A stretch of 38,478 nucleotides of DNA, taken from contig NW_025215136.1 of the NCBI RefSeq assembly GCF_004010195.1, positions 25,860 to 64,337 of the forward strand. Direction: 5' to 3'. The stretch comes from Chiloscyllium plagiosum. Its lineage: Eukaryota. The notes under the pieces were generated by a model. It was not told where the DNA came from. It saw only the letters and a program-made list of their open reading frames with translations, and searched no databases. This document shows positions 22,101 to 37,100 of the stretch, in pieces; position 1 is the first letter of the stretch, and each line of letters begins with the position of its first letter. The translations under genes and the position numbers were made by a program.

Positions 22101-25100
22101 ACCGCCTCCTACCGCCTCGAACCGCCTCCTACCGCCTCGAACCGCCTCCTACCGCCTCGAACCGCCTCCTACCGCCTCGAACCGCCTCCTACCGCCTCGA
22201 ACCGCCTCCTACCGCCTCGAACCGCCTCCTACCGCCTCGAACCGCCTCCTACCGCCTCGAACCGCCTCCTACCGCCTCGAACCGCCTCCTACCGCCTCGA
22301 ACCGCCTCCTACCGCCTCGAACCGCCTCCTACCGCCTCGAACCGCCTCCTACCGCCTCGAACCGCCTCCTACCGCCTCGAACCGCCTCCTACCGCCTCGA
22401 ACCGCCTCCTACCGCCTCGAACCGCCTCCTACCGCCTCGAACCGCCTCCTACCGCCTCGAACCGCCTCCTACCGCCTCGAACCGCCTCCTACCGCCTCGA
22501 ACCGCCTCCTACCGCCTCGAACCGCCTCCTACCGCCTCGAACCGCCTCCTACCGCCTCGAACCGCCTCCTACCGCCTCGAACCGCCTCCTACCGCCTCGA
22601 ACCGCCTCCTACCGCCTCGAACCGCCTCCTACCGCCTCGAACCGCCTCCTACCGCCTCGAACCGCCTCCTACCGCCTCGAACCGCCTCCTACCGCCTCGA
22701 ACCGCCTCCTACCGCCTCGAACCGCCTCCTACCGCCTCGAACCGCCTCCTACCGCCTCGAACCGCCTCCTACCGCCTCGAACCGCCTCCTACCGCCTCGA
22801 ACCGCCTCCTACCGCCTCGAACCGCCTCCTACCGCCTCGAACCGCCTCCTACCGCCTCGAACCGCCTCCTACCGCCTCGAACCGCCTCCTACCGCCTCGA
22901 ACCGCCTCCTACCGCCTCGAACCGCCTCCTACCGCCTCGAACCGCCTCCTACCGCCTCGAACCGCCTCCTACCGCCTCGAACCGCCTCCTACCGCCTCGA
23001 ACCGCCTCCTACCGCCTCGAACCGCCTCCTACCGCCTCGAACCGCCTCCTACCGCCTCGAACCGCCTCCTACCGCCTCGAACCGCCTCCTACCGCCTCGA
23101 ACCGCCTCCTACCGCCTCGAACCGCCTCCTACCGCCTCGAACCGCCTCCTACCGCCTCGAACCGCCTCCTACCGCCTCGAACCGCCTCCTACCGCCTCGA
23201 ACCGCCTCCTACCGCCTCGAACCGCCTCCTACCGCCTCGAACCGCCTCCTACCGCCTCGAACCGCCTCCTACCGCCTCGAACCGCCTCCTACCGCCTCGA
23301 ACCGCCTCCTACCGCCTCGAACCGCCTCCTACCGCCTCGAACCGCCTCCTACCGCCTCGAACCGCCTCCTACCGCCTCGAACCGCCTCCTACCGCCTCGA
23401 ACCGCCTCCTACCGCCTCGAACCGCCTCCTACCGCCTCGAACCGCCTCCTACCGCCTCGAACCGCCTCCTACCGCCTCGAACCGCCTCCTACCGCCTCGA
23501 ACCGCCTCCTACCGCCTCGAACCGCCTCCTACCGCCTCGAACCGCCTCCTACCGCCTCGAACCGCCTCCTACCGCCTCGAACCGCCTCCTACCGCCTCGA
23601 ACCGCCTCCTACCGCCTCGAACCGCCTCCTACCGCCTCGAACCGCCTCCTACCGCCTCGAACCGCCTCCTACCGCCTCGAACCGCCTCCTACCGCCTCGA
23701 ACCGCCTCCTACCGCCTCGAACCGCCTCCTACCGCCTCGAACCGCCTCCTACCGCCTCGAACCGCCTCCTACCGCCTCGAACCGCCTCCTACCGCCTCGA
23801 ACCGCCTCCTACCGCCTCGAACCGCCTCCTACCGCCTCGAACCGCCTCCTACCGCCTCGAACCGCCTCCTACCGCCTCGAACCGCCTCCTACCGCCTCGA
23901 ACCGCCTCCTACCGCCTCGAACCGCCTCCTACCGCCTCGAACCGCCTCCTACCGCCTCGAACCGCCTCCTACCGCCTCGAACCGCCTCCTACCGCCTCGA
24001 ACCGCCTCCTACCGCCTCGAACCGCCTCCTACCGCCTCGAACCGCCTCCTACCGCCTCGAACCGCCTCCTACCGCCTCGAACCGCCTCCTACCGCCTCGA
24101 ACCGCCTCCTACCGCCTCGAACCGCCTCCTACCGCCTCGAACCGCCTCCTACCGCCTCGAACCGCCTCCTACCGCCTCGAACCGCCTCCTACCGCCTCGA
24201 ACCGCCTCCTACCGCCTCGAACCGCCTCCTACCGCCTCGAACCGCCTCCTACCGCCTCGAACCGCCTCCTACCGCCTCGAACCGCCTCCTACCGCCTCGA
24301 ACCGCCTCCTACCGCCTCGAACCGCCTCCTACCGCCTCGAACCGCCTCCTACCGCCTCGAACCGCCTCCTACCGCCTCGAACCGCCTCCTACCGCCTCGA
24401 ACCGCCTCCTACCGCCTCGAACCGCCTCCTACCGCCTCGAACCGCCTCCTACCGCCTCGAACCGCCTCCTACCGCCTCGAACCGCCTCCTACCGCCTCGA
24501 ACCGCCTCCTACCGCCTCGAACCGCCTCCTACCGCCTCGAACCGCCTCCTACCGCCTCGAACCGCCTCCTACCGCCTCGAACCGCCTCCTACCGCCTCGA
24601 ACCGCCTCCTACCGCCTCGAACCGCCTCCTACCGCCTCGAACCGCCTCCTACCGCCTCGAACCGCCTCCTACCGCCTCGAACCGCCTCCTACCGCCTCGA
24701 ACCGCCTCCTACCGCCTCGAACCGCCTCCTACCGCCTCGAACCGCCTCCTACCGCCTCGAACCGCCTCCTACCGCCTCGAACCGCCTCCTACCGCCTCGA
24801 ACCGCCTCCTACCGCCTCGAACCGCCTCCTACCGCCTCGAACCGCCTCCTACCGCCTCGAACCGCCTCCTACCGCCTCGAACCGCCTCCTACCGCCTCGA
24901 ACCGCCTCCTACCGCCTCGAACCGCCTCCTACCGCCTCGAACCGCCTCCTACCGCCTCGAACCGCCTCCTACCGCCTCGAACCGCCTCCTACCGCCTCGA
25001 ACCGCCTCCTACCGCCTCGAACCGCCTCCTACCGCCTCGAACCGCCTCCTACCGCCTCGAACCGCCTCCTACCGCCTCGAACCGCCTCCTACCGCCTCGA

Positions 25101-28100
25101 ACCGCCTCCTACCGCCTCGAACCGCCTCCTACCGCCTCGAACCGCCTCCTACCGCCTCGAACCGCCTCCTACCGCCTCGAACCGCCTCCTACCGCCTCGA
25201 ACCGCCTCCTACCGCCTCGAACCGCCTCCTACCGCCTCGAACCGCCTCCTACCGCCTCGAACCGCCTCCTACCGCCTCGAACCGCCTCCTACCGCCTCGA
25301 ACCGCCTCCTACCGCCTCGAACCGCCTCCTACCGCCTCGAACCGCCTCCTACCGCCTCGAACCGCCTCCTACCGCCTCGAACCGCCTCCTACCGCCTCGA
25401 ACCGCCTCCTACCGCCTCGAACCGCCTCCTACCGCCTCGAACCGCCTCCTACCGCCTCGAACCGCCTCCTACCGCCTCGAACCGCCTCCTACCGCCTCGA
25501 ACCGCCTCCTACCGCCTCGAACCGCCTCCTACCGCCTCGAACCGCCTCCTACCGCCTCGAACCGCCTCCTACCGCCTCGAACCGCCTCCTACCGCCTCGA
25601 ACCGCCTCCTACCGCCTCGAACCGCCTCCTACCGCCTCGAACCGCCTCCTACCGCCTCGAACCGCCTCCTACCGCCTCGAACCGCCTCCTACCGCCTCGA
25701 ACCGCCTCCTACCGCCTCGAACCGCCTCCTACCGCCTCGAACCGCCTCCTACCGCCTCGAACCGCCTCCTACCGCCTCGAACCGCCTCCTACCGCCTCGA
25801 ACCGCCTCCTACCGCCTCGAACCGCCTCCTACCGCCTCGAACCGCCTCCTACCGCCTCGAACCGCCTCCTACCGCCTCGAACCGCCTCCTACCGCCTCGA
25901 ACCGCCTCCTACCGCCTCGAACCGCCTCCTACCGCCTCGAACCGCCTCCTACCGCCTCGAACCGCCTCCTACCGCCTCGAACCGCCTCCTACCGCCTCGA
26001 ACCGCCTCCTACCGCCTCGAACCGCCTCCTACCGCCTCGAACCGCCTCCTACCGCCTCGAACCGCCTCCTACCGCCTCGAACCGCCTCCTACCGCCTCGA
26101 ACCGCCTCCTACCGCCTCGAACCGCCTCCTACCGCCTCGAACCGCCTCCTACCGCCTCGAACCGCCTCCTACCGCCTCGAACCGCCTCCTACCGCCTCGA
26201 ACCGCCTCCTACCGCCTCGAACCGCCTCCTACCGCCTCGAACCGCCTCCTACCGCCTCGAACCGCCTCCTACCGCCTCGAACCGCCTCCTACCGCCTCGA
26301 ACCGCCTCCTACCGCCTCGAACCGCCTCCTACCGCCTCGAACCGCCTCCTACCGCCTCGAACCGCCTCCTACCGCCTCGAACCGCCTCCTACCGCCTCGA
26401 ACCGCCTCCTACCGCCTCGAACCGCCTCCTACCGCCTCGAACCGCCTCCTACCGCCTCGAACCGCCTCCTACCGCCTCGAACCGCCTCCTACCGCCTCGA
26501 ACCGCCTCCTACCGCCTCGAACCGCCTCCTACCGCCTCGAACCGCCTCCTACCGCCTCGAACCGCCTCCTACCGCCTCGAACCGCCTCCTACCGCCTCGA
26601 ACCGCCTCCTACCGCCTCGAACCGCCTCCTACCGCCTCGAACCGCCTCCTACCGCCTCGAACCGCCTCCTACCGCCTCGAACCGCCTCCTACCGCCTCGA
26701 ACCGCCTCCTACCGCCTCGAACCGCCTCCTACCGCCTCGAACCGCCTCCTACCGCCTCGAACCGCCTCCTACCGCCTCGAACCGCCTCCTACCGCCTCGA
26801 ACCGCCTCCTACCGCCTCGAACCGCCTCCTACCGCCTCGAACCGCCTCCTACCGCCTCGAACCGCCTCCTACCGCCTCGAACCGCCTCCTACCGCCTCGA
26901 ACCGCCTCCTACCGCCTCGAACCGCCTCCTACCGCCTCGAACCGCCTCCTACCGCCTCGAACCGCCTCCTACCGCCTCGAACCGCCTCCTACCGCCTCGA
27001 ACCGCCTCCTACCGCCTCGAACCGCCTCCTACCGCCTCGAACCGCCTCCTACCGCCTCGAACCGCCTCCTACCGCCTCGAACCGCCTCCTACCGCCTCGA
27101 ACCGCCTCCTACCGCCTCGAACCGCCTCCTACCGCCTCGAACCGCCTCCTACCGCCTCGAACCGCCTCCTACCGCCTCGAACCGCCTCCTACCGCCTCGA
27201 ACCGCCTCCTACCGCCTCGAACCGCCTCCTACCGCCTCGAACCGCCTCCTACCGCCTCGAACCGCCTCCTACCGCCTCGAACCGCCTCCTACCGCCTCGA
27301 ACCGCCTCCTACCGCCTCGAACCGCCTCCTACCGCCTCGAACCGCCTCCTACCGCCTCGAACCGCCTCCTACCGCCTCGAACCGCCTCCTACCGCCTCGA
27401 ACCGCCTCCTACCGCCTCGAACCGCCTCCTACCGCCTCGAACCGCCTCCTACCGCCTCGAACCGCCTCCTACCGCCTCGAACCGCCTCCTACCGCCTCGA
27501 ACCGCCTCCTACCGCCTCGAACCGCCTCCTACCGCCTCGAACCGCCTCCTACCGCCTCGAACCGCCTCCTACCGCCTCGAACCGCCTCCTACCGCCTCGA
27601 ACCGCCTCCTACCGCCTCGAACCGCCTCCTACCGCCTCGAACCGCCTCCTACCGCCTCGAACCGCCTCCTACCGCCTCGAACCGCCTCCTACCGCCTCGA
27701 ACCGCCTCCTACCGCCTCGAACCGCCTCCTACCGCCTCGAACCGCCTCCTACCGCCTCGAACCGCCTCCTACCGCCTCGAACCGCCTCCTACCGCCTCGA
27801 ACCGCCTCCTACCGCCTCGAACCGCCTCCTACCGCCTCGAACCGCCTCCTACCGCCTCGAACCGCCTCCTACCGCCTCGAACCGCCTCCTACCGCCTCGA
27901 ACCGCCTCCTACCGCCTCGAACCGCCTCCTACCGCCTCGAACCGCCTCCTACCGCCTCGAACCGCCTCCTACCGCCTCGAACCGCCTCCTACCGCCTCGA
28001 ACCGCCTCCTACCGCCTCGAACCGCCTCCTACCGCCTCGAACCGCCTCCTACCGCCTCGAACCGCCTCCTACCGCCTCGAACCGCCTCCTACCGCCTCGA

Positions 28101-31100
28101 ACCGCCTCCTACCGCCTCGAACCGCCTCCTACCGCCTCGAACCGCCTCCTACCGCCTCGAACCGCCTCCTACCGCCTCGAACCGCCTCCTACCGCCTCGA
28201 ACCGCCTCCTACCGCCTCGAACCGCCTCCTACCGCCTCGAACCGCCTCCTACCGCCTCGAACCGCCTCCTACCGCCTCGAACCGCCTCCTACCGCCTCGA
28301 ACCGCCTCCTACCGCCTCGAACCGCCTCCTACCGCCTCGAACCGCCTCCTACCGCCTCGAACCGCCTCCTACCGCCTCGAACCGCCTCCTACCGCCTCGA
28401 ACCGCCTCCTACCGCCTCGAACCGCCTCCTACCGCCTCGAACCGCCTCCTACCGCCTCGAACCGCCTCCTACCGCCTCGAACCGCCTCCTACCGCCTCGA
28501 ACCGCCTCCTACCGCCTCGAACCGCCTCCTACCGCCTCGAACCGCCTCCTACCGCCTCGAACCGCCTCCTACCGCCTCGAACCGCCTCCTACCGCCTCGA
28601 ACCGCCTCCTACCGCCTCGAACCGCCTCCTACCGCCTCGAACCGCCTCCTACCGCCTCGAACCGCCTCCTACCGCCTCGAACCGCCTCCTACCGCCTCGA
28701 ACCGCCTCCTACCGCCTCGAACCGCCTCCTACCGCCTCGAACCGCCTCCTACCGCCTCGAACCGCCTCCTACCGCCTCGAACCGCCTCCTACCGCCTCGA
28801 ACCGCCTCCTACCGCCTCGAACCGCCTCCTACCGCCTCGAACCGCCTCCTACCGCCTCGAACCGCCTCCTACCGCCTCGAACCGCCTCCTACCGCCTCGA
28901 ACCGCCTCCTACCGCCTCGAACCGCCTCCTACCGCCTCGAACCGCCTCCTACCGCCTCGAACCGCCTCCTACCGCCTCGAACCGCCTCCTACCGCCTCGA
29001 ACCGCCTCCTACCGCCTCGAACCGCCTCCTACCGCCTCGAACCGCCTCCTACCGCCTCGAACCGCCTCCTACCGCCTCGAACCGCCTCCTACCGCCTCGA
29101 ACCGCCTCCTACCGCCTCGAACCGCCTCCTACCGCCTCGAACCGCCTCCTACCGCCTCGAACCGCCTCCTACCGCCTCGAACCGCCTCCTACCGCCTCGA
29201 ACCGCCTCCTACCGCCTCGAACCGCCTCCTACCGCCTCGAACCGCCTCCTACCGCCTCGAACCGCCTCCTACCGCCTCGAACCGCCTCCTACCGCCTCGA
29301 ACCGCCTCCTACCGCCTCGAACCGCCTCCTACCGCCTCGAACCGCCTCCTACCGCCTCGAACCGCCTCCTACCGCCTCGAACCGCCTCCTACCGCCTCGA
29401 ACCGCCTCCTACCGCCTCGAACCGCCTCCTACCGCCTCGAACCGCCTCCTACCGCCTCGAACCGCCTCCTACCGCCTCGAACCGCCTCCTACCGCCTCGA
29501 ACCGCCTCCTACCGCCTCGAACCGCCTCCTACCGCCTCGAACCGCCTCCTACCGCCTCGAACCGCCTCCTACCGCCTCGAACCGCCTCCTACCGCCTCGA
29601 ACCGCCTCCTACCGCCTCGAACCGCCTCCTACCGCCTCGAACCGCCTCCTACCGCCTCGAACCGCCTCCTACCGCCTCGAACCGCCTCCTACCGCCTCGA
29701 ACCGCCTCCTACCGCCTCGAACCGCCTCCTACCGCCTCGAACCGCCTCCTACCGCCTCGAACCGCCTCCTACCGCCTCGAACCGCCTCCTACCGCCTCGA
29801 ACCGCCTCCTACCGCCTCGAACCGCCTCCTACCGCCTCGAACCGCCTCCTACCGCCTCGAACCGCCTCCTACCGCCTCGAACCGCCTCCTACCGCCTCGA
29901 ACCGCCTCCTACCGCCTCGAACCGCCTCCTACCGCCTCGAACCGCCTCCTACCGCCTCGAACCGCCTCCTACCGCCTCGAACCGCCTCCTACCGCCTCGA
30001 ACCGCCTCCTACCGCCTCGAACCGCCTCCTACCGCCTCGAACCGCCTCCTACCGCCTCGAACCGCCTCCTACCGCCTCGAACCGCCTCCTACCGCCTCGA
30101 ACCGCCTCCTACCGCCTCGAACCGCCTCCTACCGCCTCGAACCGCCTCCTACCGCCTCGAACCGCCTCCTACCGCCTCGAACCGCCTCCTACCGCCTCGA
30201 ACCGCCTCCTACCGCCTCGAACCGCCTCCTACCGCCTCGAACCGCCTCCTACCGCCTCGAACCGCCTCCTACCGCCTCGAACCGCCTCCTACCGCCTCGA
30301 ACCGCCTCCTACCGCCTCGAACCGCCTCCTACCGCCTCGAACCGCCTCCTACCGCCTCGAACCGCCTCCTACCGCCTCGAACCGCCTCCTACCGCCTCGA
30401 ACCGCCTCCTACCGCCTCGAACCGCCTCCTACCGCCTCGAACCGCCTCCTACCGCCTCGAACCGCCTCCTACCGCCTCGAACCGCCTCCTACCGCCTCGA
30501 ACCGCCTCCTACCGCCTCGAACCGCCTCCTACCGCCTCGAACCGCCTCCTACCGCCTCGAACCGCCTCCTACCGCCTCGAACCGCCTCCTACCGCCTCGA
30601 ACCGCCTCCTACCGCCTCGAACCGCCTCCTACCGCCTCGAACCGCCTCCTACCGCCTCGAACCGCCTCCTACCGCCTCGAACCGCCTCCTACCGCCTCGA
30701 ACCGCCTCCTACCGCCTCGAACCGCCTCCTACCGCCTCGAACCGCCTCCTACCGCCTCGAACCGCCTCCTACCGCCTCGAACCGCCTCCTACCGCCTCGA
30801 ACCGCCTCCTACCGCCTCGAACCGCCTCCTACCGCCTCGAACCGCCTCCTACCGCCTCGAACCGCCTCCTACCGCCTCGAACCGCCTCCTACCGCCTCGA
30901 ACCGCCTCCTACCGCCTCGAACCGCCTCCTACCGCCTCGAACCGCCTCCTACCGCCTCGAACCGCCTCCTACCGCCTCGAACCGCCTCCTACCGCCTCGA
31001 ACCGCCTCCTACCGCCTCGAACCGCCTCCTACCGCCTCGAACCGCCTCCTACCGCCTCGAACCGCCTCCTACCGCCTCGAACCGCCTCCTACCGCCTCGA

Positions 31101-34100
31101 ACCGCCTCCTACCGCCTCGAACCGCCTCCTACCGCCTCGAACCGCCTCCTACCGCCTCGAACCGCCTCCTACCGCCTCGAACCGCCTCCTACCGCCTCGA
31201 ACCGCCTCCTACCGCCTCGAACCGCCTCCTACCGCCTCGAACCGCCTCCTACCGCCTCGAACCGCCTCCTACCGCCTCGAACCGCCTCCTACCGCCTCGA
31301 ACCGCCTCCTACCGCCTCGAACCGCCTCCTACCGCCTCGAACCGCCTCCTACCGCCTCGAACCGCCTCCTACCGCCTCGAACCGCCTCCTACCGCCTCGA
31401 ACCGCCTCCTACCGCCTCGAACCGCCTCCTACCGCCTCGAACCGCCTCCTACCGCCTCGAACCGCCTCCTACCGCCTCGAACCGCCTCCTACCGCCTCGA
31501 ACCGCCTCCTACCGCCTCGAACCGCCTCCTACCGCCTCGAACCGCCTCCTACCGCCTCGAACCGCCTCCTACCGCCTCGAACCGCCTCCTACCGCCTCGA
31601 ACCGCCTCCTACCGCCTCGAACCGCCTCCTACCGCCTCGAACCGCCTCCTACCGCCTCGAACCGCCTCCTACCGCCTCGAACCGCCTCCTACCGCCTCGA
31701 ACCGCCTCCTACCGCCTCGAACCGCCTCCTACCGCCTCGAACCGCCTCCTACCGCCTCGAACCGCCTCCTACCGCCTCGAACCGCCTCCTACCGCCTCGA
31801 ACCGCCTCCTACCGCCTCGAACCGCCTCCTACCGCCTCGAACCGCCTCCTACCGCCTCGAACCGCCTCCTACCGCCTCGAACCGCCTCCTACCGCCTCGA
31901 ACCGCCTCCTACCGCCTCGAACCGCCTCCTACCGCCTCGAACCGCCTCCTACCGCCTCGAACCGCCTCCTACCGCCTCGAACCGCCTCCTACCGCCTCGA
32001 ACCGCCTCCTACCGCCTCGAACCGCCTCCTACCGCCTCGAACCGCCTCCTACCGCCTCGAACCGCCTCCTACCGCCTCGAACCGCCTCCTACCGCCTCGA
32101 ACCGCCTCCTACCGCCTCGAACCGCCTCCTACCGCCTCGAACCGCCTCCTACCGCCTCGAACCGCCTCCTACCGCCTCGAACCGCCTCCTACCGCCTCGA
32201 ACCGCCTCCTACCGCCTCGAACCGCCTCCTACCGCCTCGAACCGCCTCCTACCGCCTCGAACCGCCTCCTACCGCCTCGAACCGCCTCCTACCGCCTCGA
32301 ACCGCCTCCTACCGCCTCGAACCGCCTCCTACCGCCTCGAACCGCCTCCTACCGCCTCGAACCGCCTCCTACCGCCTCGAACCGCCTCCTACCGCCTCGA
32401 ACCGCCTCCTACCGCCTCGAACCGCCTCCTACCGCCTCGAACCGCCTCCTACCGCCTCGAACCGCCTCCTACCGCCTCGAACCGCCTCCTACCGCCTCGA
32501 ACCGCCTCCTACCGCCTCGAACCGCCTCCTACCGCCTCGAACCGCCTCCTACCGCCTCGAACCGCCTCCTACCGCCTCGAACCGCCTCCTACCGCCTCGA
32601 ACCGCCTCCTACCGCCTCGAACCGCCTCCTACCGCCTCGAACCGCCTCCTACCGCCTCGAACCGCCTCCTACCGCCTCGAACCGCCTCCTACCGCCTCGA
32701 ACCGCCTCCTACCGCCTCGAACCGCCTCCTACCGCCTCGAACCGCCTCCTACCGCCTCGAACCGCCTCCTACCGCCTCGAACCGCCTCCTACCGCCTCGA
32801 ACCGCCTCCTACCGCCTCGAACCGCCTCCTACCGCCTCGAACCGCCTCCTACCGCCTCGAACCGCCTCCTACCGCCTCGAACCGCCTCCTACCGCCTCGA
32901 ACCGCCTCCTACCGCCTCGAACCGCCTCCTACCGCCTCGAACCGCCTCCTACCGCCTCGAACCGCCTCCTACCGCCTCGAACCGCCTCCTACCGCCTCGA
33001 ACCGCCTCCTACCGCCTCGAACCGCCTCCTACCGCCTCGAACCGCCTCCTACCGCCTCGAACCGCCTCCTACCGCCTCGAACCGCCTCCTACCGCCTCGA
33101 ACCGCCTCCTACCGCCTCGAACCGCCTCCTACCGCCTCGAACCGCCTCCTACCGCCTCGAACCGCCTCCTACCGCCTCGAACCGCCTCCTACCGCCTCGA
33201 ACCGCCTCCTACCGCCTCGAACCGCCTCCTACCGCCTCGAACCGCCTCCTACCGCCTCGAACCGCCTCCTACCGCCTCGAACCGCCTCCTACCGCCTCGA
33301 ACCGCCTCCTACCGCCTCGAACCGCCTCCTACCGCCTCGAACCGCCTCCTACCGCCTCGAACCGCCTCCTACCGCCTCGAACCGCCTCCTACCGCCTCGA
33401 ACCGCCTCCTACCGCCTCGAACCGCCTCCTACCGCCTCGAACCGCCTCCTACCGCCTCGAACCGCCTCCTACCGCCTCGAACCGCCTCCTACCGCCTCGA
33501 ACCGCCTCCTACCGCCTCGAACCGCCTCCTACCGCCTCGAACCGCCTCCTACCGCCTCGAACCGCCTCCTACCGCCTCGAACCGCCTCCTACCGCCTCGA
33601 ACCGCCTCCTACCGCCTCGAACCGCCTCCTACCGCCTCGAACCGCCTCCTACCGCCTCGAACCGCCTCCTACCGCCTCGAACCGCCTCCTACCGCCTCGA
33701 ACCGCCTCCTACCGCCTCGAACCGCCTCCTACCGCCTCGAACCGCCTCCTACCGCCTCGAACCGCCTCCTACCGCCTCGAACCGCCTCCTACCGCCTCGA
33801 ACCGCCTCCTACCGCCTCGAACCGCCTCCTACCGCCTCGAACCGCCTCCTACCGCCTCGAACCGCCTCCTACCGCCTCGAACCGCCTCCTACCGCCTCGA
33901 ACCGCCTCCTACCGCCTCGAACCGCCTCCTACCGCCTCGAACCGCCTCCTACCGCCTCGAACCGCCTCCTACCGCCTCGAACCGCCTCCTACCGCCTCGA
34001 ACCGCCTCCTACCGCCTCGAACCGCCTCCTACCGCCTCGAACCGCCTCCTACCGCCTCGAACCGCCTCCTACCGCCTCGAACCGCCTCCTACCGCCTCGA

Positions 34101-37100
34101 ACCGCCTCCTACCGCCTCGAACCGCCTCCTACCGCCTCGAACCGCCTCCTACCGCCTCGAACCGCCTCCTACCGCCTCGAACCGCCTCCTACCGCCTCGA
34201 ACCGCCTCCTACCGCCTCGAACCGCCTCCTACCGCCTCGAACCGCCTCCTACCGCCTCGAACCGCCTCCTACCGCCTCGAACCGCCTCCTACCGCCTCGA
34301 ACCGCCTCCTACCGCCTCGAACCGCCTCCTACCGCCTCGAACCGCCTCCTACCGCCTCGAACCGCCTCCTACCGCCTCGAACCGCCTCCTACCGCCTCGA
34401 ACCGCCTCCTACCGCCTCGAACCGCCTCCTACCGCCTCGAACCGCCTCCTACCGCCTCGAACCGCCTCCTACCGCCTCGAACCGCCTCCTACCGCCTCGA
34501 ACCGCCTCCTACCGCCTCGAACCGCCTCCTACCGCCTCGAACCGCCTCCTACCGCCTCGAACCGCCTCCTACCGCCTCGAACCGCCTCCTACCGCCTCGA
34601 ACCGCCTCCTACCGCCTCGAACCGCCTCCTACCGCCTCGAACCGCCTCCTACCGCCTCGAACCGCCTCCTACCGCCTCGAACCGCCTCCTACCGCCTCGA
34701 ACCGCCTCCTACCGCCTCGAACCGCCTCCTACCGCCTCGAACCGCCTCCTACCGCCTCGAACCGCCTCCTACCGCCTCGAACCGCCTCCTACCGCCTCGA
34801 ACCGCCTCCTACCGCCTCGAACCGCCTCCTACCGCCTCGAACCGCCTCCTACCGCCTCGAACCGCCTCCTACCGCCTCGAACCGCCTCCTACCGCCTCGA
34901 ACCGCCTCCTACCGCCTCGAACCGCCTCCTACCGCCTCGAACCGCCTCCTACCGCCTCGAACCGCCTCCTACCGCCTCGAACCGCCTCCTACCGCCTCGA
35001 ACCGCCTCCTACCGCCTCGAACCGCCTCCTACCGCCTCGAACCGCCTCCTACCGCCTCGAACCGCCTCCTACCGCCTCGAACCGCCTCCTACCGCCTCGA
35101 ACCGCCTCCTACCGCCTCGAACCGCCTCCTACCGCCTCGAACCGCCTCCTACCGCCTCGAACCGCCTCCTACCGCCTCGAACCGCCTCCTACCGCCTCGA
35201 ACCGCCTCCTACCGCCTCGAACCGCCTCCTACCGCCTCGAACCGCCTCCTACCGCCTCGAACCGCCTCCTACCGCCTCGAACCGCCTCCTACCGCCTCGA
35301 ACCGCCTCCTACCGCCTCGAACCGCCTCCTACCGCCTCGAACCGCCTCCTACCGCCTCGAACCGCCTCCTACCGCCTCGAACCGCCTCCTACCGCCTCGA
35401 ACCGCCTCCTACCGCCTCGAACCGCCTCCTACCGCCTCGAACCGCCTCCTACCGCCTCGAACCGCCTCCTACCGCCTCGAACCGCCTCCTACCGCCTCGA
35501 ACCGCCTCCTACCGCCTCGAACCGCCTCCTACCGCCTCGAACCGCCTCCTACCGCCTCGAACCGCCTCCTACCGCCTCGAACCGCCTCCTACCGCCTCGA
35601 ACCGCCTCCTACCGCCTCGAACCGCCTCCTACCGCCTCGAACCGCCTCCTACCGCCTCGAACCGCCTCCTACCGCCTCGAACCGCCTCCTACCGCCTCGA
35701 ACCGCCTCCTACCGCCTCGAACCGCCTCCTACCGCCTCGAACCGCCTCCTACCGCCTCGAACCGCCTCCTACCGCCTCGAACCGCCTCCTACCGCCTCGA
35801 ACCGCCTCCTACCGCCTCGAACCGCCTCCTACCGCCTCGAACCGCCTCCTACCGCCTCGAACCGCCTCCTACCGCCTCGAACCGCCTCCTACCGCCTCGA
35901 ACCGCCTCCTACCGCCTCGAACCGCCTCCTACCGCCTCGAACCGCCTCCTACCGCCTCGAACCGCCTCCTACCGCCTCGAACCGCCTCCTACCGCCTCGA
36001 ACCGCCTCCTACCGCCTCGAACCGCCTCCTACCGCCTCGAACCGCCTCCTACCGCCTCGAACCGCCTCCTACCGCCTCGAACCGCCTCCTACCGCCTCGA
36101 ACCGCCTCCTACCGCCTCGAACCGCCTCCTACCGCCTCGAACCGCCTCCTACCGCCTCGAACCGCCTCCTACCGCCTCGAACCGCCTCCTACCGCCTCGA
36201 ACCGCCTCCTACCGCCTCGAACCGCCTCCTACCGCCTCGAACCGCCTCCTACCGCCTCGAACCGCCTCCTACCGCCTCGAACCGCCTCCTACCGCCTCGA
36301 ACCGCCTCCTACCGCCTCGAACCGCCTCCTACCGCCTCGAACCGCCTCCTACCGCCTCGAACCGCCTCCTACCGCCTCGAACCGCCTCCTACCGCCTCGA
36401 ACCGCCTCCTACCGCCTCGAACCGCCTCCTACCGCCTCGAACCGCCTCCTACCGCCTCGAACCGCCTCCTACCGCCTCGAACCGCCTCCTACCGCCTCGA
36501 ACCGCCTCCTACCGCCTCGAACCGCCTCCTACCGCCTCGAACCGCCTCCTACCGCCTCGAACCGCCTCCTACCGCCTCGAACCGCCTCCTACCGCCTCGA
36601 ACCGCCTCCTACCGCCTCGAACCGCCTCCTACCGCCTCGAACCGCCTCCTACCGCCTCGAACCGCCTCCTACCGCCTCGAACCGCCTCCTACCGCCTCGA
36701 ACCGCCTCCTACCGCCTCGAACCGCCTCCTACCGCCTCGAACCGCCTCCTACCGCCTCGAACCGCCTCCTACCGCCTCGAACCGCCTCCTACCGCCTCGA
36801 ACCGCCTCCTACCGCCTCGAACCGCCTCCTACCGCCTCGAACCGCCTCCTACCGCCTCGAACCGCCTCCTACCGCCTCGAACCGCCTCCTACCGCCTCGA
36901 ACCGCCTCCTACCGCCTCGAACCGCCTCCTACCGCCTCGAACCGCCTCCTACCGCCTCGAACCGCCTCCTACCGCCTCGAACCGCCTCCTACCGCCTCGA
37001 ACCGCCTCCTACCGCCTCGAACCGCCTCCTACCGCCTCGAACCGCCTCCTACCGCCTCGAACCGCCTCCTACCGCCTCGAACCGCCTCCTACCGCCTCGA